DNA of 64,000 bases from the human T2T-CHM13v2.0 reference genome, Homo sapiens, in the NCBI RefSeq assembly GCF_009914755.1, contig NC_060931.1. One strand, given 5' to 3'. Below are positions 53,921 through 64,000 of this stretch, one piece after another. Position 1 is the first letter of the stretch; each line of letters opens with the position of its first letter. The position numbers and the translations under genes were made by a program. The notes below the pieces were generated by a model. The model did no database searches. It was not told where the DNA came from and saw only the letters and a program-made list of their open reading frames with translations.

Positions 53921-54694
53921 GTAAAGCCTCAACCTATATAAGCCATCTACCGTATTCATAGATCTCAATATTACCTACCTTAATTAATCTTAAGAGTCAC
54001 TTCTCCACTGGTTTGTTTCATTTGATCACCTCATATAGATTAGTGACATTTTATAAATGGAGGCATGAAAAGAAAAATATAAAACATAATATACCAACCA
54101 TATACATTAGGACAATTGAGAACAGAGATGAGGCAATGCATTCATAATTTAGAGGGAGCTCTGATTTGAGGTCTTGGTTGCCTGGAATTACCTAGACCCT
54201 TTCACTTGAGGGTATGCATCCCCTCTTATAAGAACCAGTCACTGAGCTAACCCATTCCTTAGGCCTCATTCTAGTTAGCTTCCTTTTTTAAACCCCTGAT
54301 TCCCTAGCAGGGTCCAAATACAACTAATTCACAAATTTAGCCAACCAAAACAAATCAACAACAATTTCAACAACCTTCACCGTGGATTCTAGTTCTGAGC
54401 CACACTCTTAAGGAAATCTCACATTTTCCAGTTGTCTTTAACTCCGTCCATTTCAGCCATCTCACCTCGCTCCCAATCAAACAATTGTGGGAAAAGACTA
54501 TCCTTACTCTTGGTTTTCCTCTTCTTGCCTATTGATGGTAATGAAAAATACTAATATTAGGAGTGCTAATTATATGAATGTGAGCTTGTTAATGCTAGAT
54601 GGTTGGACTTATGTGTTTTTTCCAATTTATGCTGCAGACCTTTATAATTTTTTGCCTTCTACAAATTGTTGTTAACTAGTGTCTTTTTGAAATG

Positions 54695-54924
54695 CAGAGC
54701 TCTGAATCTCAGGACTATCAGCATTTTGAAATTTGTTGTGGGGAGCCATCCTGTGCATTGCAGGATACTTAACATCAATAACCTCTACCTATTAGATGTT
54801 AGTGGCAGTAGTCGCAGCACTAGTAACATCTATAAACTCTACCGCCCCAGTTGTGATAAACAAAATGTGTTCAAAGACTGTCAAATCCCCTGGGGAACAA
54901 ATTCACCCCTGGTTCAAGACCACT
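54695..54924 (+). mobile_element. MER20
   Basis: cctgtgcattgcaggatactt..cctctacctattagatg..ccagttgtgataaacaaaatgtg..cccctggttcaagaccactg. Confidence 0.8.
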
Positions 54925-55479
54925 GCTGTAATGTGATCTTGGGGGACAAATACTGGTCATGTACTGTTTGTATAATTCTAGGTTCAAAGACTGAACGAAT
55001 GAGTAGAAAAATTAGATAACCTATTAACTCTGAAAGCCTATAATTTCTTAACCTCTAAATAAACATATTGCCTTCTCTCTTGATTCAAAGAGCTTGAAAT
55101 CTCGATGAAGGAAAATTGGCCACATAGCCTATGCCCTTAAAGTAGGCATACTAAGAGGGGCATGGCTAGACTTGGGATGAGTTGGAGACTGAATCATGTA
55201 ATCTGCCCACTCCACACCCTTCACCACCATCACGTTGCCACTTCCCTTGGCTCAAGTCACTCAGGATCAAAGAGATGCTGCTTTGGGGGTTAGTTGGTAA
55301 AAGCATCAGCTTGTGAGGTAATTATATGTAAGGTATCTCCTAGCCATCATAAAGTCATACAGCATTTCTTCTCAATGGTTTAAAATAAAAATCCATTTTC
55401 CGTCATGCTGTTCCAACTTTTCACTCTGAAAGCATGATTTTCCCACCAAAATGAGTGAGCTCAAGATGTCACTATGGTC

Positions 55480-55840
55480 AAGACTGATAATGTTCATCCA
55501 TGAAACCTACTCTTCATAAACTCCCTCAGTGTAATCATGATGTGCTATAGTTGAAATTGGAAAGGATGTTATGACCAAAAAAAAACTACCATGAAGTCTT
55601 GGCATGCAGTTTTATACCGGTCTAGTAACACCTACATGGCTTCAAAAGGCTTAGTAAAACTTCGAAACGATTTAAGAACTATCCTAAAGCACTCCACAGA
55701 GGCTCCTGGTATCCAGAACCCCTGTTCCAGGAGACCAGAAGTGTAATGATTCTCATGAACCTTGTTCCCCCCGTACAATAAAATCCCTCTTTCTTGAGCT
55801 AGTTTCAGTGGGTCTCTATTATTTCCAATCTGAACCCTAA
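55480..55840 (+). mobile_element. MaLR (MLT1-like) LTR relic
   Basis: aataaaatccctctttcttgagctagtttcagtgggtctctatt at the 3' end. Confidence 0.5.
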
Positions 55841-55914
55841 GGTTACTGGCTATGGCATAAACTACCTACTGGTTCTCTTCTGATTTTAAAATGTTATTTA
55901 AAAATGTATCTTCT

Positions 55915-56150
55915 TGTAGGGGAAGGGGAGTGAAGAGTCATTGTTTAGTGAGTACAAAATTTCAGTTTGGGATGATGAAAAAGTTCTGGAGATAGCAGTG
56001 ATGGTTGCACAACAATGTGAATGTACTTAATGTCACCGCATTATACATTTAAAAATGATTAAAACTGTAAATTGTATGTTATGTTTATTGACCACATATG
56101 TTATGTATATTACCTTTATTTACCACAATAAAATAAGTTTTTAAAAAATC
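55915..56150 (+). mobile_element. L1M (MB/MC) 3' terminus
   Basis: tttcagtttgggatgatgaaaaagttctggagatag..gtgatggttgcacaacaatgtgaatgtacttaatg. Confidence 0.88.
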
Positions 56151-57269
56151 TATCTTCTTGAAAAAAGCATGATTGAAATACACTGTCTACAGAAGCTTCT
56201 AATCCTCAACGTGAGATAAACCTAGATAGTTGGGGCTTTTCTTCCTATACTTATGAATATAAATAGAAGTATGTTCCCAACTCTCCCAAAATTCAGTAAA
56301 GTGTTCTGAGCCTGTATCCAGGACTATCAAAAACGCCCGTTAAAACATGTACAATTGTAGATTCTGAAGTGATCTTTTGTTTTGTCAGTGATTCCCCCCA
56401 CCATCCCTTTACTTTTATCACTACTTATCACTTTATTAGCATCTTTATAAAACGATGTAATAAAGTGCAAAATGGATATGCACGTGTCCACATGCAAAGA
56501 GGCAGACCCTGGTGGGAAGGAGTGGAGGATGTCAGGGAGGAATGAAGAACCTAATTTTGTAAATTGATTACCACTTACCTATACATTTAAAGCAGTCAGT
56601 TCATGTTATAACATGACAAAAATGTCTGTGTAACCAGATGACGGGCACAGGATATCGTGTATATTAATGCCAACAATAAAAACCAATAGAAATTTTGCAA
56701 CATGCGGAACAGACCGACTTCTCTTGTTAGCATGCCAAGTATAACAACTCCTTTGTTCACTCTGACATTCAGAGCACTAGACAGAAAGGCTGTGAGCCTT
56801 TACCTGCGCTTCACTGCATTTCTTCATTTTGATAACAACTGTTTTATCCATATTTTTCTACCGTAAGACCATAAGCTAGATGAATGCAAGAAAAATTTAC
56901 TTTGTGTTTCCCACAAGAGACATAATACGAAGAGGACAAACAAATACACATTTATTTAGGTTTTGGGCAAGAGGTCAACAATTTAAGATAAGCCATACTG
57001 AAGTTGTAGCTTATACCAATTTTGGAGCTGAACTAGTTTTAATTCTGTATCACTCCCTTGAACTTTTTGGTTTGTTCACCACCTGTCCTCTGTTCCCCTT
57101 AACCTCATTTATTCTTTCTACCTAATCTTGAGAGCCTCTAGATCCAGAAGTTTTTGCCATATGAATTTTTACCCTTCCATGATATTTTTAAAACTTTAAG
57201 AAATCATTTGTTTTCTTAATTTGATCTCTTCTAATTTGGTCATCTTTTACTCTATCTACTTTCTGAAAG

Positions 57270-57585
57270 TAGATCTATATCTATATGGAGACATGTATAT
57301 CTATATCTAGAGATATCTATATCTAGATAGAGAGATGTATATATCTCCAGATTTCTGTATCTATATCTAGATATCTAGATTATATATCTGTATCTAGAGA
57401 TATCTATCTAGATATAGATAGATATACATCTCTTTATCTAGACATAGATACACATCTCCTTATAAATATATCTACATAATTATATGTAAGTTTATATCTA
57501 TCTAAAAATAAAATGTATTTAACTCTGCATCTCTCTATATAGATATATATCAATATATATAATAGGTATAGATATAAATACATAT
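57270..57585. repeat. Self-complementary (TAGA/TCTA/TA) low-complexity repeat
   Basis: Repeated tatctaga, gatatc and tctagat units. Confidence 0.85.
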
Positions 57586-59855
57586 TATTTTTCTTCTGGT
57601 TTCTCATTATTTTATTCTCCACCTAAACTTCCTGCTTGCCCTTCACTAGTACTATCTCAACCTTTCCCTCCATAAATAAATTTAAAAAGTGAAATTTTAT
57701 ACCTAACCAAGCATAATTCAGCAATTGACTTCGTGTTTCCATTGGACATGACACAAGGCCTTCTCTTATCTATCATGATGAACAGTCAAACGGTATAACC
57801 AAGCGAAAATTTTATTAACTATAATTCTCTAGTAGCAAGCATAGGCATCATTCATCATAACTACCATTTTATTAGGGTACAATAAAGGATATATCTTGAA
57901 GTATCTTCTCAATGCTCAACAAAGATTAAATTATGAGTTTTAGTGTTAAGTGTATTTTATCACATTCTAATCCTTTGAAAAGGGGACTCAGAAGAGATGG
58001 CAACTTTCTAATAACTAAGCTTTCTTATTAACTGGACTGCTCTATTCCTCAATTACGCAAGTTAACAGATGACTCCCCTGTAAATTAAAAAGAAAATAAA
58101 AAAAACTAGACACCTCATATGGTATTTTTCTTCTTTATGTTTAGTGATAGTTAAGTAGAACTCCTGCTATTGCTCAATACACAGAACACTCATTAAATCA
58201 GCAGATGAGTAAAATGCAAAGTGAACCAAAATGCCAGTTACTGTGTTGCTGCGGGGCAGCATCAGAAGCCTGCAGTCTGAAGCATATGCTCCCAATTCTC
58301 AGATTTCTATAGCAGCATCTGAGAGAACACACAAGAAAAGAGGGAGGTTTCTTTGCTTTTGCCTATATTGGCCAGTATTCTCACATTTAGAATGCTTGAT
58401 ACCATAAGGTATAGTCGGCCAAATAGTTTGGTAGAAATGTTACAGACAGATCTGAAACAAATGATTCACCTAAAGTGCCTTCTATAAAGTAAATGCTGCT
58501 TAAATAATTCACTATTAATTGGACAGGTATTCTGCCTAGTAAAAACTGTGTTTGTATATTCTGTTTATCTATCTTCTTGCATTATTTGCTATTTATTTAA
58601 ATCATCAATGGAGTTAAATCCAATGTGCAATTTTCCAATGTCCTGAGCCCTTCTGAAAATTGTATGCTTTGGAATGAAATTCTTCATGTGATTTCTCAAG
58701 TATTTTGAGGTAGGGTGGTTAGATGAACAACCAGAACATAACCCATTTTCAGCTGGGAGGATAGTCAAATAAACAAAAATATGTTTCTGAATGAAAGATA
58801 TTCAAAGGAATACATATTACTGCATATTTTCAGTATGATTATGTAACAAGACTCCATTTCAAAGCTAACTTTTTGTTTGGATTACATGTGCAAAAAGGTC
58901 AGGGCTATGTTTTCTGTAGGAATTTTTACTTTTGCTTATTTGGAAGCAGTTAAAGGGCCAGAAATCCTGGCTATTTAGAGGCCTCTGTAAAGATGAAAAC
59001 ACATAAACACATTTAACAATAAATATTTGTATTTTAAATATAGGCATATTTTTGCTATACTATAGCTATTTCCTTCACTGCAAACCACTGGTTTAAGATT
59101 TCCTTTAATAATGAAGATATATTTCTAAAGAAATATATCTAGATAATCTATAAAATGGTTTTTAAATTGTTTCGTAAATTGTAAAACAAATTGGCTGTCA
59201 ACATGGAGAAACTCTCAATAGCCCAGGAAAACTCAGGCTTAAAAAGTTTCAAGGTTTCCTGGAACTTTCAATGTTTTCTGAAAATTTTCATCTCCAAATG
59301 TGCTCAATGTTAATAATTTTAGAGTCTAAAAATTGTGGCTGATCCTAAATATAAAACTAATTGACAACGACAATCTGGTTTCACTCATGGTAGACCTATT
59401 CTGGACCATTCAGAAAGTGATGAGGGACCCAAGGGGCAGATCCACAATTACCTTCCCTTACTTGGCCTTACTGGTCACTAAGCCTTTCCTAAAACCAAAG
59501 CTGCAAACAGTGCAACTGAAGTTTGAACTCCATTTCCTTCCACTCCTGCCCTACTTATTAGGTTGCACAGAAACAATAAAAGACCAAATGAGTTATAGCA
59601 GGACTGCTCTTACTTGAGAGGTAAGGGTATATTTATTTATAGTCCAGGGTCAAAGCTACTTCCTTAGATTGTGACCATCTTAAGAACAAAAAGTATCTAA
59701 TCCAGTGTGAAATATAATGGTTCATACCTAGTACCATTAACTAATTAAAAACAGAAAGGAAAGACTGCAAATTTTTGATGATGAAGAAACCAAAGGTTCC
59801 CTGAAACTCTCAGTTTGAACCAAGGTCATTCGATATCATTAGCCAGAGTGTGGCT

Positions 59856-59921
59856 GAAAAGAGAAACCAGGAAGTGCTGAGTCATCGTGAGCATATGCAA
59901 CATCCTCGTCAGCACTTCTGG
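59856..59921 (+). promoter_or_regulatory. Candidate enhancer core: IRF-like, ETS and NF-E2/ARE/AP-1 composite
   Basis: GAAAAGAGAAAC (59856-59867), CAGGAAGT (59868-59875), TGCTGAGTCAT (59875-59885). Confidence 0.5.
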
Positions 59922-60339
59922 TGCCAGATTCAAAGGTATGCGTACTTCCTTTGACCTGCTACTCTTCCATCCTTTTCTCAGTAACGCAGGGTAGGTCATG
60001 GAAAGCTAACTGCCACCAAGTTGAGAAGCAGCATGAACCCTAACAAATAACACTACTTAACACTGTCAATTCTATATGCTGGTCTCTAGATATGGCTATG
60101 AAAATAGATTGTTTGAAAATATATATGCGTGTGTATGTGTGTGTATATGTATATCATTTACTATCTGTCAGAATTAAGCCATTATACCTCTAGTTTCCAG
60201 TAAGTCAAGATAGCTTCCTCTTCAAATAAACAGCATGCCTTTGTCAGCATGCAGTTTATGTGCATTTAATTTGCCAAGCAGGTCTTACTAAAACAGTCAA
60301 ATCCAAATGACCTTTGCATGACTGAAACACTTGTAGTAT

Positions 60340-60550
60340 TAGGTAGAAAAACTATATAATAGGGGAAATAACACCCTGGAGTCAAAAGGCTTGTGGTCTA
60401 GTCCTGACTCTGCCAGCAGACAGTTGACCTTGAGCAAGTCATTTACGTTGTCTGTTTCTTTATCTGCAAGACGGGAATAACAATCCTCCCCCAGTCTCCC
60501 TCACTGCTGCTGTGAACGTAATTATATTAACAGCACTTAAGAAGTAGACA
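60340..60550 (+). mobile_element. MIR
   Basis: ctggagtcaaaaggc..gtctagtcctgactctgcc..gaccttgagcaagtcattta..tttctttatctgcaag. Confidence 0.8.
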
Positions 60551-60788
60551 ACTGTCATGACGAAAAGAAGTGATGAATTCATTACATATTTTTTAAAAAA
60601 CAAAACTTCAGTCTCAGGCTAGCTTCTATGCATTTTATTAGAAACATACAATAATTTTACTGGATTTGAATGTTTAAGTTGTCACCCAGGTTGGAAGTGA
60701 CATAAGAAGATAAACAGTAATAGTAAGTAGATGGGCAGAATTCAATAGTAAAGGGCTATATAAATATACTTCAAAAAAAGCAATTATA

Positions 60789-61087
<299 letters not shown>

Positions 61088-61574
61088 TCAAAATAATACT
61101 TTATTGAGAGAAAGAAAATTTGAAGTAACATAAATAATCAGTACCCAGCATTTTCTCATAGAATTTCCACAGGTCTCCAGCATTGCTTTCTGCAGTATTT
61201 TACTCATTGGACATTCTTCAGCTATATAAATAAGCATTGTGAACGAGCCTGGGATTCAACTACAGTTATAATGTTGTATCTACTAGAAATCCTGAGTGCT
61301 CAAACCCCAATGTAGCAGGGTACTTTAGGCAAACATCGTTTTAGTCCCTTCACCATCCTTGTACACTGAGACACGTGGCTGAAAATATTTACGCCCTCCT
61401 TACCGTGTGTAAAAACAAAATGAAAAGATTCTTTCTTGGCCTTTGACTCTCAGAAGGAAGAACAAACTGGGGTGGCTTCGAGTGAACAGTCTTGAGATTA
61501 AATGTGGAAATAATTATAGCACTTGAAGATGGCAGAAGGTGGCATTCAAGATGACAGTGTAACTCCATCTAATA

Positions 61575-61770
61575 GCAACCATTTGTTGAACAGCTCCTAT
61601 GTCCGTAGTACCTATGCCTTGCCCTTGCAACTACTACCTGATATAATGTCACACTTAACCAGAGAAAAAGTAGGCAGACTTGAGAGATTCCTAATGGACT
61701 TAATCATTTTGTCCAAGAGAATGAGAGATGCACATAATATTAGAATTTGAAGATTTTGTCAAGTTCTGCC
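61575..61770 (-). mobile_element. MIR relic
   Basis: aatagcaaccatttgttgaacagctcctatgtcc...ttagaatttgaa. Confidence 0.5.
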
Positions 61771-61868
61771 ACCAATCCTATTAACAAAACCACCCCCCTA
61801 CAAAATATTCTGAAGGAGAGGAATAAGTAAGGCAACTAAGTACTTGACAAGTATCAAACACTTAAAAG

Positions 61869-62160
61869 GGCCAGGCGCAGCAGCTCATGTCTGTAATCCC
61901 AGCACTTTGGGAGGCTAAGGCTGGAGGATCATGAGGTCAGGAGTTCGAGATCAGCCTGACCAACACTGTGAAACCCTGTCTCTACTAAAAATACAAAAAT
62001 TAGCTATGTGCCTGTAATCCCAGCTACTCAGGAGGCTGAGGCAGGAGAATCGCTTGAACTTGGGAGGTGGAGATTGCAATCAGCCAAGATGGTGCCATTG
62101 CACTCTGGCCTGAGCAACAGAGTGAGACTCCAACTCAAAAAAACAAAACAAAACAAAACA
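61869..62160 (+). mobile_element. AluS with a short internal deletion and (AAAAC)n tail
   Basis: TSD aaacacttaaaag (61856-61868 / 62161-62173). Confidence 0.94.
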
Positions 62161-62194
62161 AAACACTTAAAAGGTACCTAACTTCAGAGACATC

Positions 62195-62325
62195 ACTTAA
62201 TATGTGTCCTAATTTTACAAATGAAGACATTGAAGCTTAGAGGTAGGAAGCATAATGGGGTTAAGACACATAGTCATGTGGCAGAACTGGAATGTGAACC
62301 CACATTTGACCTCCTCTCTTAGGTA
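62195..62325 (-). mobile_element. MIR
   Basis: cctaattttacaaatgaagacattgaagcttagagg...gcagaactggaatgtgaaccc. Confidence 0.7.
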
Positions 62326-62419
62326 ATCAATAATATCCAATAATCAATAAGTAATAGTGTTTGTTATTTCTGAGGCCCATGTGTAGCTTCAGACTTTTAA
62401 TTTAAATTTTCTCATTCAA

Positions 62420-62786
<367 letters not shown>

Positions 62787-64000
62787 TGAGCTGTGGTTCA
62801 AAAGTTTGTTCATGGTTTACCGTACAGACATTAACCACTGCTCAATCATTTCTAAAAACATATATAAAGTTGATGCCAATTCACAATCACCAGAATTTAT
62901 TTTTAATTGTCATACTAATTTGGTGATCAGACCCTCTTCTATGTCAGAAACAAAGGGCATATATGTGAGTTGACTGCAGCCTTCTGACAAGGAGCAATTT
63001 TCTTCTAAGTAAGTTACAACTAAATTCCCAGCCTTGGTCTGTACACCCATGATCTAACAACTTTTTTTGCCTTTCTCAACAGTGGCCAAGAAAATATATG
63101 CAATTCATAGTAATTCATGATTTGGGATTTTATTTCTATGTAAAATGGGATAATTTTTAAGGACCCTGAAGTCCTTTAAATCACAAATCACTTTAGGGTA
63201 GCAGTCTATTCCTGCCAGAATTCGTTTACTGGAATTACAAAGTAAATAACCGTGAAAAGAAGATGGAGGTGAAAATCAAGGTTGTAGAGAATTTGAGAGG
63301 GAAACAGAAAGGGAATCATACTGCTTGCTTTTAAAAAAAAAATGCACCAAAGCTTTCTTCATTCAAGCAGTTGGTTTTGTTCCCTAACTGGTCCCCCACA
63401 TATCTAAGTGCAATGAGTACATTCCCAACTCCTACTGCCAAGTTAAAATGAAAACGTTCTCAGTCTAGAAATGATTGAGGTGGTTTTCTTTAATCAAATT
63501 AGAGCAGCCAAATGTTCCTTTCAAAGGTAACTGTCTACTCTGCAGCTGTATGCAAACTACCACATCAAATGTGAGGGAAAAAATAGCGATAGAATTGTGT
63601 CCTTACAGTACAGAGCTAGCTGCAGAGATGGAGAAACAAAAGCATTTGTACAGTTAAGAATTACATTCACAGTGAGCTTCCAGAAATATGCTGACTTCAC
63701 AAACTGTGAACAATGTATTGAAACTTCCAGTACATAATTAGCTATTTTGGGGAGGGGAGGAACATGGGGGGAAATGCCCCCTTAAAAACGGCTAAGCAGC
63801 AATAGATACCTTGAGTCATTTACCCTCCCAACCAAAGTTTCTCAATGAGAAACATTAAAAGACTGGCTGAGACTTCATAGGAAAAAAAAGTCTCATAGAC
63901 CTTGCTTTTTCACTTCCTGTCTCCATCAAAAACACACCACAGTGAGTAAACTTGAGTATCCCGCAAGCTTCAATTAAGCTTGTAATGATTCATTTGCATG

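Overview
Primate (human-like) genomic DNA from inside the CDK6 gene, which is transcribed on the minus strand. The only coding sequence is one 136-bp exon (24668-24803; exon 3 by standard numbering; CDK6 residues R78-K123, including hinge residues F98-E99-H100-V101). Positions 1-24667 are the downstream intron (intron 3) and 24804-64000 the upstream intron (intron 2). The rest is AT-rich, CpG-poor intron with about 13 Alus (most with visible target-site duplications), two 5'-truncated L1PA-type elements oriented sense to CDK6, older L1M, L2, MIR, MLT1, MER20 and MADE2 relics, and microsatellites. All other ORFs in the track come from repeats or look like chance. I see no new protein-coding system. 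The best unexplained signals are two non-Alu inverted repeats that could form dsRNA in the CDK6 pre-mRNA: a 136-bp near-perfect hairpin at 3029-3164, and ~160-175-bp arms at 16934-17108 and 17993-18153. Also notable are a triplicated Alu tail plus flank, inverted Alus around the frame-shifting exon, and several motif-dense candidate enhancers. Subfamily calls and boundaries of old repeats were made by eye and are approximate.
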